Source: the human T2T-CHM13v2.0 reference genome, Homo sapiens. From it: 64,000 nt of DNA. Numbering within the stretch: position 1 is the first letter of the stretch; each line of letters begins with the position of its first letter. The DNA lies in NCBI RefSeq assembly GCF_009914755.1, contig NC_060926.1, one strand, 5' to 3'. Position numbers and translations under genes: made by a program. Positions 46,105 through 60,663 of the stretch are shown piece by piece. A model generated the notes under the pieces. That model did not search any database. It was given only the letters and a program-made list of their open reading frames with translations, and was not told the origin of the DNA.

Positions 46105-46525
46105 TGGTACAGTTTGTATACTTGTCCCTGCCCAAATGTCATGTTGAATTGCAATCCCCATTGCTGGGGGTGGGGCCTGGTGGGAGGTGTTTGGATCATG
46201 GAGGCTGATCCCTTATGGCTTGGTGCTATCTTCATGATAGTGAGTTCTCATGAAATCTGGTCATATAAAAGTGTGGCACCTCCCTCCAACACACACACAC
46301 ACTCTCTCTCTCTCTCCCTCCTGCTTTTGTCATATGATGTGCCTGCTTCCCCTTTGCCTTCCACCATGATTGAAAAAGCTCCCTGAGACCATCCCCAAAG
46401 CCCAGTGATTTGGGTGCTATGCTTCCTGTACAGCCTGCAGAATCATGAGCCAATTAAACCTCTTTTCTTTATAAATTACCAGTCGCAGGTATTTCTTTAT
46501 AGCAATGCAAGAATGGGCTAAAACA
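46105..46525 (+). mobile_element. MST (MSTA/B-like) MaLR solo LTR
   Basis: TG...CA termini; 5-bp TSD gccag (46100-46104, 46526-46530); internal (CA)n(CT)n. Confidence 0.88.
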
Positions 46526-48162
46526 GCCAGTAATTCATACCTACTTGTTGAAGAATCAGTTTCACTCATATTTAGAGACCCTGCTCCACCTTCACTGCAT
46601 ATCAACAATGTAGCACCCCACATTCATGAATCCCCTGTGAGCATTTCAGTGACATTTCCCCAAACCACTTCTAAGAGATGTTGACAGATGAGACCTCTGG
46701 AGGTGGGGAAAATGCTATTCCCTCCTAGTGTGTATGCATGAATATTAGCAGAATTTCTCTAATACAAACTCAGTAGCAATTCCTTTCTGAGGAAAGGCCC
46801 AGTCTCAGATCAAGAAAGTTCCTATCCCTATTCTCTCTCAAGACCCATTCCTGATATTTTCACCATTCAAGAATTGTGCACATGGACATTTGGGGGAGTT
46901 TCCTTCTGGGACATTCTGTTCTCTAAAATTTCAAGGCTCAATTCTATTCTGAATCACTTTGGAAATTTTATTAAATATATTTGTTATGACTGGATTTGCT
47001 GCCTGAGATGTAAACTTACTTTCTCTTTCAAAAGGATTCAAGTTTCTAGCTCTTTGAAAGTCTGATGCCTTCCAAAAGTATAAATCCATACTGAGATTCG
47101 TACAGTAAGTTTGTAATTTTAGTATTGGGCAGCCATTTTAAGAACAATGTTCAGCAGTATGGTTCCTCTTTATTTCCATTTATTTAGCACAACTGTAATA
47201 GTCACAGAAGAAGGACTTCAAATTGCAGCTAAACAGAAGTTAATTTGAAGAGTAAGTCCTAAAAGATAACGCCCTCCACCCACCAATATTAATCTCATGA
47301 TTCAAATAAGCTTTTTCCATGAATCCTGCTCATATTCTTTCCTTTGTTGCTGTCAGGGAAAATGAACAGGAACAAGCAAACAGGGTTATACAAATATTTG
47401 AAGTGTATAAATGCAGAGATTTAAAAAAGATGTAAGGACATTTGGAAAGAGTGCAATTTGGGATTTTCAGCATAAATAATCTTCAGATGGGAATCCTAAA
47501 TCAGTTTCCTTGATTTTGTGTGAGAAATTAGGAAAGAGGGAGGCAACACCTGGTTACAAACTTCAAATGGCTAATACGGTAAGTGGCCACTGCTTGTGAC
47601 TCCCCACTCCTGCCCTTCTACCATCAATGCCCCAGGTCACTACACCAGCCCCACTGCCCACTAGAGCACCATCATTACCAGAGTTGAGAGTCAGAGCCCC
47701 AGCCAGAGTTCCAGCTGCCCTGTCTCCTCCTCCCATGGCAGCCACTGCCCCAAGGGCTGCTCTAGAAGCTGTCTGATCTCTGGGTCAGGCCCTTCCCCTC
47801 CTCATCCCCACCTCAGCTTAGAGCTCATAGGCACCCAAAGGTACAGAGAGGAATATAGGGATCTCACCAGGAACGCATCATCTCTTTCTTGCAATGGGAA
47901 ATACCTTTTGAATTCTACCCAACTCACTTAAATTGATCTTATGGAGCAGATCAATTCCCAGCTATCAACAGATCTAGTCCTAGCTTGGAGACTGCCTATA
48001 TATTTAAATTTGACAATAAAAACAAGAGTCAAATGAGGTATTTAACTGAAAATATGACTTTGCCCAAGGGAAAAAATGTTTTAATGTTTAAATGTGGGTT
48101 CTATAAAAAAACTAATATCATAGGAAATCGCCTGAAGAAAAGTGTTGGGGAAAAAATACTTA

Positions 48163-48348
<186 letters not shown>

Positions 48349-49439
48349 TTACTTTTTTTCTAGATATTGGGCAGTTTTTCTCCAGAGCTCAAGTTTCCAT
48401 AGGATGCTCATTACAAATCTAATTGTCCACATGCCAGAGCTGTCCAAAACAAACTGAATGATCATAGTTTCTGATCTCATTGTGTCTTGACCCAGATTAG
48501 TAAAATGGACATTTATGTGGAGCATACCTAAAACTAAGCCACACATCATACAACAGGCATACAATAGGCAACATTCTAATACATACAATAGGCAATATGC
48601 TAATATTTTGATTATGTAAACATGTATAAAGAGGTAAATCTTTCGAATGTCAGGAGCAAGCTTATACAAAAAGGGAGCACAACGAGAAAGCTTTATTTAA
48701 ACAGGGTAAAACCAGGGGGAATCAGTTACATATGCTCACAGGACATGGAGTCCTCATGGATATCTGAAATATTTTTAAATGGGAGAAGAAAGATACTTCC
48801 ATGAATTCAAGATTAAGACATTACAGATACAAGTCCCATTAGGGAGCTCAGTAGCAAAAAATGGAGTGATAAGGTGCAAATGTTTTAAATGATAAAACAC
48901 AAAGGAAAATTACAGACAAGAAAAATGAGGGTGCCTAAAGCTTCCTAAGGAAGGCATTTGGAGAAAGAGGCTGAAACTCTAACACCTGAGCTACAGTATA
49001 AATTCTACTTTACTTACAAAGATGTCAGGGTCAAACTGAAGTGTAAGAAAAGATTGTGTTAGGTCTGAGGAATGACAAGTGGCCAAAAATGACGAGAGTA
49101 AAAAATGCAAAGTAAGGAGGAGTTTGCAGTAAAGCAATGTGATGTGCTAAATTTAAAATGAAAAATATAAAGTACATCGACCCTATGATAAAAAGTATAC
49201 ACGTGGGCTCAAAGATAGGGAAGGAATGCTGAAAAGGGAATGAAGGCAACTGAGAAGCTGGGGTGGAGGAGGGATTGTGAAAGACTTTTCTTCTCCTTCT
49301 TCCTCTTTTCTCCCTCTATCTTATTTTTTCTTCTTTTTGAATTTTTTTTTTGTGGGCATCATTGCATTTTTTTAATGAAAAAAAAATCTGAGTCTTGTTC
49401 AGTGATAGGATTGTGTGAAGGAGGAAAAAACAGATCCTA

Positions 49440-49747
49440 GGCAGGGCATGTTGGCTCATGCCTGTAATCCCAGCACTTTGGGAAGCCAAGGCGGGAAGAT
49501 CCATTGAGTCAAGGAGTTTGAGATAAGCCTGGGCAAGGAGTTTGAGAGAGTGACACAGTGAGACCCCCGTCTCTACAAAAAATAAGAAAAAATTAGCCAG
49601 GTGTGGTGGCATGTGCCAGTAGTCCCAGCTACTTGGGAGGCTGAGGCAGGAGCATCTCTTGAGCCCAAGAGTTTGAGGCTGCGTGAGCTATGATCACGCC
49701 ACTGCACTCCAGCCCAGGTGATGGAGAAAGAACAGCAGCAACAAAAA
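49440..49747 (+). mobile_element. AluJ
   Basis: Alu consensus; TSD gatccta. Confidence 0.9.
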
Positions 49748-50599
49748 GGATCCTATAGGCAGAAGATAAATAAAAATGGTTTACACAGAACAGACTTCAA
49801 TTATTCATACTACTTTCCCAATTTTTGTTATATCTGAATATATATGTACCATTATTAATATTTTTCATTAAATCAACTTTAAATCTATTTGCTTTTTAAT
49901 AGAACTTTGTCTTACACAATCTTTATAAAGTTTTGATGTGCTAGCTCTATTGTTTCCCAATGTACCTTAAAATGAATACATGAATATTAAAATAAAAAAG
50001 TCAGTCTTTGTAGTAGCTAAAATCATTTAACACATCACCAGTGGTATTAAAAATCCTCACACCCATACTGTGCTGACAGGGAACCTATATGTAAAGAAAA
50101 ATGCAAACAGCAGACTCCCAGAGCCAAAGAGGCTGTAGGTGACACAATGGACCTGCCCTCTGGGGCAGCTGAATATAACATGCTAACAGGTGGCTCCCAG
50201 GATCGGTGGGACTACCCTCAGGTTACTCTGAGGACTCCCAAAGCAGTACCCTGGCTGCCTCCTCCATGCAGGGATGCACAGACTACCTGTCCCTCCTTAT
50301 GCTGTGACGAAGGCAGCCTTTGCGGCTTCCTCCCGCTGACCTACTTCTGGCCTGTGACGCCGCCAGGAACAAATAGAATATTTCTTCCACTTGAACGTTC
50401 TTTACATACTCAGAAGCTTTCTTTCAACAAAAGTCTGTGTGCTGATTACATATGGGGTGCTAATCTAGATCCTGAAGATATAAAACGTTTTCAAAGTCAT
50501 TTTCCATTGGAACTTTAGGTTTAGCAGTTTCCATCTCCTGGTCCCAGCCTCCTTCTCTCCCTTTCCCACTCCTGAGCATGGCCACTTCCTTCAACCTTC

Positions 50600-51235
50600 T
50601 CTCAGGGCAGGGGTGAGAATTCCTTCTCTACCCTGGTGGCATTAAAGACTTGATCGTAACACTCCAGGTGAGGTCTTCTCAGCACAGAGCTTAGAAACTC
50701 CTCGACACTTTTCTCCGGCGATGCAGGTTAAACTTATCCTGCCTTTGGAGCAACCACTTTACTTTGTTGACTTATAAAGTGCTAGTCATCAGCTAAAGCC
50801 CGAAACCTTTCATCTAAACTGCTTTAACCCAGGACTCCCCCATCCTGTCTGCATGTAGCTGCATCTTTTAAAAGCCTTAATATGGCTGGGTGCCATGGCT
50901 CACGCCTGTAATCCCAGCACTTTGGGAAGCTGAGGCAGGTGGATCACGAGGTCAGGAGATTGAGACCATCCTGGCCAACATGGTGAAACCCCGTCTCTAC
51001 TAAAAATACAAAAAATTAGCTGGGTGTGGTGGCGCATGCCTGTAATCCCAGCTACTCGAGAGGCTGAGGCAGGAGAATCACTTGAACCAGGGAGTCAGAG
51101 GTTGCAGATGGCGCCTCTGCACTCCAGCCTGGCGACAGAGCAGGACTCCGTCTCAAAAAAAAAAAAAAAAAAAAAAAAAAGGCCTTAACACTAGACCATA
51201 CTTTTCCCGATTAAAATTTCACTTTTTGAGACTTA
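50600..51235 (-). mobile_element. L3/CR1 LINE ORF2 relic split by an Alu
   Basis: 'actccaggtgaggtct...tgttgacttata...ccccatcctgt...ttaaaatttca' resembles the recalled CR1/L3 antisense consensus. Confidence 0.6.
50884..51180 (+). mobile_element. AluS
   Basis: Alu consensus with a long A tail. Confidence 0.93.
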
Positions 51236-51499
51236 GTCCCCTGTGTCTTTTAGAAACAGAGCATGCCCGTGGTCAAAGTCATCTTAGAAGTCATTTTGTC
51301 CAATGCCATCATTTTATAGAGACGACTAAGGCCGAAAGAGATCACTGACTTGTATCACATGAAAACTGCAAATGGAAGAACCAGCAGGCCTTGGGGTCTT
51401 CAGGCAGGTGCCCTGACCCCAAGTTTAATGCTTGTTACTTCTTACAGCCTACCCTTCAGCCAATTTTAAATGTTCATCAAGACTAAAAAAATACTGCTA

Positions 51500-51715
51500 A
51501 TAGAGTAGCGGTTGGCAAACCTGCAGGTCCAATCTGCCCCACCCTCTGGTTTGTAAATAAAGTGTTACTGGAACACAGCTGTGCCCATTTATGTATTGAT
51601 GTTGTCCGCTTTCCTGCTACAAGGGCAGAGTTGAGTAGGTGCCATAGAGGTTTGACTGGTGAAATCCCAAATATTTACCACCTAGCCCTTTACAGGAAAA
51701 TTTTGCTAACCTCTG
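51500..51715 (+). mobile_element. MER58A-like hAT element
   Basis: 'ggttggcaaac...ttgtaaataaagtgttactggaacacagc...tttgctaacctctg'. Confidence 0.8.
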
Positions 51716-51770
51716 TTACAAAAGAAAGAAAATAGGAGGAAAATACTACTTGTTAAAATATCTAGCTTAT

Positions 51771-52068
<298 letters not shown>

Positions 52069-52339
52069 CTAGCTTACAATATCCTAGGGTGTACGCAACC
52101 TCAAGGAGTGGGTAGAATACTAAGTGTGAGGCACAGAGTGAGCACCCGTCAGCCATGGTCATTCTCTGTGAGGCTTTCAGACACAATAGAGCATACAATG
52201 GATAAGGTCAGAGACAGCTGAAACATGAGGCAAATACTTCAGGAGTCAGTTTTCTTACAGACAACTGGTAAAAGTAAAATGGGATTTTGCCTGCTTAAAA
52301 TTAAACTGTGGCATTCAGTTAGAAGTATCAGGGTTTCTT

Positions 52340-52540
52340 TAAGCTTTACCTCTGAGTATTTTAATAATACTGCACTTATAGAGTGCATTACAATTATCTG
52401 TCTATGTGCCTGCCTCCCCTATACATACATACTAGTCTGTAACTACACTGGGGCAGGGACCATGTTTTACTCATTTTTATATCTGTACCTAGCCTGATAC
52501 ACAGTGGGGGCTCAATATATATTGTTGAATCAATGAGTGG
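52340..52540 (+). mobile_element. L2 3' fragment
   Basis: 'gggcagggaccatg...ctcaatatatattgttgaatcaatga'. Confidence 0.6.
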
Positions 52541-54342
52541 AGCTCTTTGATGCTTTCTAAAGAAAAATCAACATTGCTTACATTGTTATTTGGTATCTAG
52601 CAGATTTGCACATTTGCCTTTGAGTGGTATATTGATTCAATGACATGAACAGGTTATACCAATCCCTGAAAGGTTGCTCAATTTGAAAACATTGTCAGAA
52701 ATCATCAAGTAAATTATGCTTAGAAAGTTTAACATGTAATATCTTCTCAGGTGGTAAAGTTTGCTAAAACAACAAAGACTGACCTCACTGATTAGTTCCC
52801 TTTTTATGATGATAGCTGAATCTGGCTGAAGATGAGATGAATGTTCCCTGAGGAATTAAACTGAAAATGAAAAGTCTTGTTTTCCCAAGCAAAAACAGAG
52901 CTAACAGTTAGTTCCTCTAGGAGAAAATGTGTCTTCAACTGGTCAAGTTTTTATCTGCTGACTTTTAACTCTAGAAGCACTGATGGAGTCACCTCTAAAG
53001 CCAAAATAGTCTTAAACTTTGATTTGATTATAATCCAAAGCTTAGAACTGCCTATCTGAGAGCAGGTTGTAGATTACAATTTATAAATAAGCCTAGCTAA
53101 CTCAGTAAAACATGTCACAGCGGGGTACATCATGCCTTTGCTTCCTGTAATGTCTTAGCAACTTCTTTCATATAAATAGTTAATATGACTCATATCACAG
53201 GGATTGTCTGTTACATTCCTGTTTTGCCAGTTAGGTTGGTTCCACAGCTAAAGGCTTGGCACGGAAATATAAAAACTCTGGACGACGGATGTGTAGCCGC
53301 ACAACAGCTGCATCTGAGGGCATTTCCGAATAAGCACAGATGTCTCCAGGGTGGCCATGTAGTCTGGAGCCCCAAGTGCTGATAGAGCATTTTAAATATC
53401 ATCACATGGCTGGGTTGGCACTCCACCCAAGTTGTCAGTGGCACCCAAAATTTGTTAAAATAACAAATTTTATTCTCCCATTCTTTATTTTCAACTAAGA
53501 ATTACTGAAAACTAAGTATTCTAATGAAAGCAGACTATAAAATGAAAGAAGATGATGGCCTTGGGAAGTCACACCATTTCCTACAAGTTGGTTCAGGCAC
53601 ACATGGCCTACACACCTTCTGATTCACCCTCAGATATTTATAGCAGCAAGGTGTTAGTTCTTGAGCCAATTAAGAAAGCCTGGTAGGTGAGTAAGGTATT
53701 TTGATATGATAAACAAAGTCTTACCAGGTGCTACCAAACCAAAGCCTAGATACAGAAGCACCCTTCTTTAGAAAGGTTTGGGTAATTTAGGTTATCCTGT
53801 GAATGTCTCTTTTTGGAAGAAAAAAAGGGAACACCATAAAGTGTACCTTGAAGCTTCACAGATTTCTGAGAAATTAATGACCAAGCTCAGGGCCTCAAAC
53901 AGCTTCTAGTGAGGATCTGACCAGTCATATGTAAGAACTGGTTGGTTACTTTATAAGCAGAGACTGAAGAAAACTCCTTCAGATCTCATCCTCCCTAGTT
54001 GCTTTCATTTGCCTGTCTCAGGGGAGTTACAGAAAGCTCAAAAGGAAGATATTACAGGAAGTTCTTAAACTCCCAAACTAAAACTGCTTGTACACATCTC
54101 CACCCCAGTCAAAGTGTGGCTCTGCAAGACATGATTGATGTCATATTGATGGCACCTCACACATAATAAACTCATTCTTTCTTAAGAAAGGTGCCTTTTA
54201 CAGGGTTGGCCATGGAGAAAAAGAGGCAGGGCAATCACAGTGTAAACCTCCTCTCTTTACGCAGGCCACTATTTCTTTAATGTTTTGGGTATTAAGAAAT
54301 TAGTGGCCCCACGCCTTATCAGAACACAACAGTCTAATCCAG

Positions 54343-54656
54343 TTTTTTTTTTTTTTTTAAAGAGACAGGGTGACAGGGTTTTGCTCTGTCACCCAGGCTG
54401 GAGTACAGTGGCACAATCGTAGCTCACTGTAACCTTGAGCTCCTGGACTCAAGCGATCCTCCTGTCTCAGCCTCCCAAGTATCTAGGACTACAGACACAA
54501 GCCATCACAACCAGCTAATTATTTATTTATTTATTTTTTATAGAAATGGGGTCTCACTATGTTGCCCAATCTAGTTTGGAACTCCTCGCCTGAAGCAATA
54601 CTCCCACCTTGGCCTCCCAAAGTGCTGGGATTATAGGTATGAGCCACCATGCCTAG
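54343..54656 (-). mobile_element. AluJ
   Basis: Antisense Alu with a (TTTA)n linker. Confidence 0.9.
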
Positions 54657-55151
54657 CATCTAGGTAACTTTTTAAATCATATAACTTTAGTTGCTAGGAC
54701 TTTTAATTCAAAAGAAAATAATACACTGGAGAATGTGCAGTATAATAATAGAGCTGGAAAATACGTAGAATAATTCACTGGAGAATATGTAGTATTTCAT
54801 TGACCTCAACCCTAGAGAAGCAACTTCTTAGTAGACTGATGCCCAGCAGAAATAGGCAACCCCTGCGTGCAATTTCACGCCACATTCAGTCAAGATGACT
54901 CAGTTTTCAGCCACTCCACCACTGCCGATCTCCCTTCCCCACAACTTTGCAAAGGCAGATAACCAGATTAAGTTGTGTGGAAATTTTCATGACTAAAGCA
55001 AAACCTCCAGCTCTAACCAAATTAAATCACTAGTTACAAGATAGGGCTTAGAAACTACCTACTTTTTGTAAAAAGCCAAAGCATAATATAAAATGTGATC
55101 TTAGTTGGTGATGAACTAATCAACTAAAGTATTTGTATTTATAGACTCTAG

Positions 55152-55464
<313 letters not shown>

Positions 55465-55661
55465 TTATTTTTGTATTTCTAAATTGAATACATACATCTC
55501 TAGTATTGTGGGGCTAATTCTACCTTGCATGGAATTTGCAGCCATCCTGTAAATTTCTGACTATAAATTTTCCCATCATTTCTCTTGACTCAACTATTCT
55601 ATTTTAGGAACAATTTATATATCATGTTTCAGATGTATGCAAATAAAGAAAGTGGAGCTGA

Positions 55662-56021
<360 letters not shown>

Positions 56022-56404
56022 GATGCGTTATTCTTTAAAATAAACTCCCTTTTCTTTATGCTTTAGCTAATCTACTGTAAATAAAGACTTTGATGGTGAC
56101 AGGTAAAATATAATCACTGAAATGATATCAATATGAATTGCAAAGTATTAGTCCCTCATAGACAACACAGTTGACATAAGCAACACAAAATAATACTTTA
56201 TATATACCAATGCCACTACTAATTTGGACTTCCCACAGAATTAACCCCATATATACACTTATTACTCTAATGACCTCAAGTGCAGACAGAGGCATATACA
56301 TACCAAAATTTACCCTGGGGGCTGTCATTTATCAGATAACAAGGAAACAAATTGTCCAGGGAAACATTTCCTAAATCTCCCCGAATCCTGACTGCATATT
56401 TTCT

Positions 56405-58030
56405 TTTAATAAATGTTTTGTTTTAGAATAGGTTTTAACTTACAGAAAGATTGCAAGGATAAAACAGAGAGTTCTTGTACACCTCACACACAGATTAACA
56501 TCTTACATTAGTATAATATATTTGTTATAATTAATAAACCAATATTGATACACTATTATTAGCTAAAATCCATACTTTATCTACATTTCCCTAGTTTCTA
56601 CCTAATGTCCCTTATCTGTTCCATGATCCCATACAGGAAACCACATTACATTTAATTGTCATGTCTCCCTCTTGGCTATGACAGTTTCTCAGGCTCCTCT
56701 GGTCTTTGATGACCTTGGGAGTATTAAAGAGTACTGGTAAGGTATCTTGTACAATGTCTCTCAGTTGGGATTTTGTCTAACATTTTTCTCATGGTTGGAC
56801 TAGCATTATGTGTTCGGGAGGAAGACCACAGAGGTAAAGTGCCACCCTCACGCATCATACCGAGGGTACATATTATCAACATGACTTGTGGCTATTGATG
56901 TTGACCTTGATCACCTGACTGCCATAGTGTTTGTCAGGTTTCTCTACTGTGAAGTTACTTTGTTCCCCCTCTTTCCATACTATACTATTTGGAATAAAGT
57001 CACTATGCACATTCCATACCTAGAGTAGAGAGTTATGCTGATTGTATGGAAATATTCTGCAAAATAGATTTTTTCTTTTTTAGTGAAACCTTTCACCAAC
57101 TACAACATAACAGAGTTTCTTTCAGTCTAATTGGGCCAAATTACATCATGTGCCTACCCCAGACCTACAGCAGTTTCTGAAGGGCATATTTTCTACTGTT
57201 TGCCTTAAACAAATTGATATCTACCTTGAGAGCAGTGATTCTTTTTTTTTAAATTGTTATTCTTGTTTATTTCAATAGATTTGTGGGGAACAGGTGGTGT
57301 TTGGTTATATGAGTAAGTTCTTTAGTGGTGATTTCTGAGATTTTGGTGCACCATCACCTGAGCAGTGTACACTGTATCCAATGTGTAGTCTTTTATCCCT
57401 TGCCACCCCCAACTCTTTCCCCCAAGTCCCAAAAGTTCAATGTATCATTCTTATGCTTTTGTGTCCTCATAGCTTAGCTCCTACATATGAGTGAGAATGT
57501 AAGATATTTGGTTTTCCATTCTTGAGTTACTTCACTTAGAATAATGGTCTCCAATTCCATCCAGGTTGCTGTGAATGTCATTATTTCGTTCCTTTTTATG
57601 GTTGAGTAGTATTCCATGGTGTATATATATACCATGTTGGCTCTATCCACTCATTGATTGATGGACTTTTGGGCTGGTTCCATATTTTGCAAAAGATATT
57701 TTTCTACTTTTCTATTCTTCCCCATTTATTTATGTATTCAACCATGTATTTATATCAGTATGGTTATTTATTTTATACTTTGGTTTATAATCAATAGCCT
57801 TGTATTTATTTTGTTGCTCAAATTATCTCAGCTTTGTCCATTGGGAACTCTTTCAGTTGGCTCCTGGGTTTTTTCAACATACCCCATGACTGGGATTTTT
57901 GAGGATTTCTTTAATCTCTGGCAGACACCAAAAGATGCTTCGGGCTGCATCTTGTATATTTCCTGCTTAGTGTTAGAATCAGCCATTTCTCTAAAAACCT
58001 TGATTCTTAGATCTGGGTGCCAGATACATG
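56405..58030 (-). mobile_element. L1MC-like 3' UTR split at about 57075-57700 by an insertion
   Basis: Collinear with the 9500-10450 copy on both sides of the insertion. Confidence 0.75.
57241..57692 (-). mobile_element. L1MA/L1PB-type 3' end nested in the L1MC
   Basis: 'ggggaacaggtggtgtttggttatatgagtaagttctttagtggtgatttctgagattttggtgcacc'. Confidence 0.85.
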
Positions 58031-58133
58031 TGTTTTTAAATGCTCATTACTAGACCCAGACATGAAGAACTTACAAAATGATACATTTTGAGGGGATTAG
58101 AATTGGTAAAGAGAAAGTAACAGAAAACCTCCA

Positions 58134-58321
58134 TACAAAACAAATTAGCTGGGCGTGGTGGCATGTGCCTGTAGTTCCAGCTACTCAGGAGGCTGAGGCA
58201 GGAGAATCACTTGAACCCAGGAGGCGGAGGCTGCAGTGAGCCAAGATCATGCCACTGCACTCCAGCCTGGGCAGCAGAGTTAGACTCTGTCTCAAAAAAC
58301 AAAACAAAACAAAACAAAAAA
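58134..58321 (+). mobile_element. 5'-truncated Alu (right arm)
   Basis: Starts at the linker; TSD aacagaaaacctcca. Confidence 0.9.
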
Positions 58322-60504
58322 ACAGAAAACCTCCAGCTCCATTTTTATAGTTCAATGGAAAATTTGGGTCGCTCTTCCCTTTGGGTATGTATTATAATCC
58401 AGAAAAAAAGTTAGGGTTGTTCATTTTCATGTGATAGAGTCAGTGTGTTTGAGAAGGTGGCAAAGGCTAAAAGAGCTCCTTACTTTTATGTAGCTCAAGG
58501 TTTCTTTCTTTCTTTCTTTCTTTTTTTTAGCTTTCTATTTTTCCAGCACAATTACTGTTTTCATCTCTCAAAAACAGCATATGTATCCTCGGTACCTCAA
58601 TAGCAAATTAAAGTCTATATCTAATAATTTATGATACTGACCTGACAAAGTCATGAGTCCAGAAATCCAGCTTCAATAAACCATATGCAGAGTGAACAGA
58701 TTAAGAAATTGTCCCTGCTAACTGAGCTCACAGCTTAGAACATCCTCTCCCTTGTTTTCCCTCCGATGTCACAGGAAGGAGACAGATGATGGAGGCAGGA
58801 AGCATTTGGACATCAATGTAATGTAATCAAATACAGAGGCATCAAGCCCCACTCACCCTGGACCTCCTCCTAGGAACTAATGTCATTAATCCACACCATG
58901 AGGAGACTGCTTTAGGAAAACCAGTCATGATAAACGTCTGTTCTATTCAAACTTAAATATCAGTGCTTCCAAAGACTCTTCCCTATATCTTTGAGATCTC
59001 AACAAACTCTGGTCCAACAATGAAGGGAGGCAGCTGGAGTTCTGGGGGAGGAAAAGTATTCTCATCCAAACCAGACTGATTATGTAAGGAAATACTTGGA
59101 ATCTCATGCATACTGGTGATTAGGCTAACATTTGCCTTCATTTTCAACTGTGCACCTTCATCTTTAAGCCAACTAACACAAGTGAGAAGTCCACTTATGC
59201 ACATCAGCAATGAAAGGCTCAGGTCTCATGCAAACTTCTGTACAAATTTTGTCATGTCATAGTGTGTTTGCACATATTACTTTACCTTAATGTAGGAATA
59301 GCTGGGAGACTACACAGCACTGCATGTGACAAGAGCGGAAGTTATCAGTCATTAGCTGGAATGGGCAAAATGTCCAGAGATAGGAAAAAATTCAGATGGG
59401 CTGGAGTGCAGGAGTTTTGCTTAGGTCCCAGAGCTAGTCCAAGAGTACCAGATGAAAGACAAACGGCCTGAATTTGAATCCTGATTTTTCTATTCCCTAG
59501 TTCCATCAGCAGATGCAAATTATTTTATAGTTTGGAGTCATTATTTCATCCACTGTGTACTGAATGGCTGAATTTGTTCAATATCACTAATATGATTCCA
59601 TAATCTAATATACTTTATTCCCAGGCATGACTGAGAGGGATAGCCTTAAAATGATCCAAATCAACAAGAGCCACAGAGAACACAACCAGACAATTGTATG
59701 GTATTAGAAAAATTCCCTCTAGCAGCTGCTGAGTTATGAAGAAGATGTTGAGACTTGAACCCAGACCTGAAATGAGGAAGAAGGGGTCTGGGAGGGATGA
59801 CAGCTGGCCTCTTCTAATGTGATGTGTAATAACAGTTATGTCTATTTGGGCACAACAGACACTGTGTAGGAGTCTTCCCCGCTTCATTTCCTAACCCTTA
59901 TCTTAACGAGCACACTCATGGAAGAGTCATGGAAGGCGGGACATGTTTGTTTATGTTAGGTAGTAATGTTGGTAGGTGTGCTGCCTTCCCAAGGGAAGAG
60001 AAAAACTGGAGGCAGAGAAATAAGAGCCAAGGCCCAAGAGTTACTTCTGTGGAGGCTTCTGGGTAGAACAGCAAGATTCTAATTCATGTTTCTGAAACTG
60101 AACTTATTTAATAGAGGAAGCACGTTCTACCTAGCCCTGCAGGGTAGAAAATAAGATCACAGATCACAAAGGAATTGCATAAATGCAATTCCTTGTTTTT
60201 TTTCCTTGTAAAGCCTTACTTTTTCCCTTTAAGAGAAAGAGAGGTCCGGAGAGAAGAAACTAAACTAGGCTTCTGTTCTCAAAAATGATCTAAAGCTACA
60301 AGTTTTTACTAAAGGATTTCTATGTCAAGTGATTTAAAAGCCAGAGGAGACCTTTAAAAAAAAAAAAGCCCAAAGGTTTAAGTGTATGAGAACAGCACTT
60401 CCTGGCAGAAGGATTTCCTGTTTCAGGCAACCACAGCGACGTGGAGAAACATCCGCCTTGTGGCCACAGCCTATGTTCCACAGGCCACTTCTCTGTTCTA
60501 CTCA

Positions 60505-60663
<159 letters not shown>

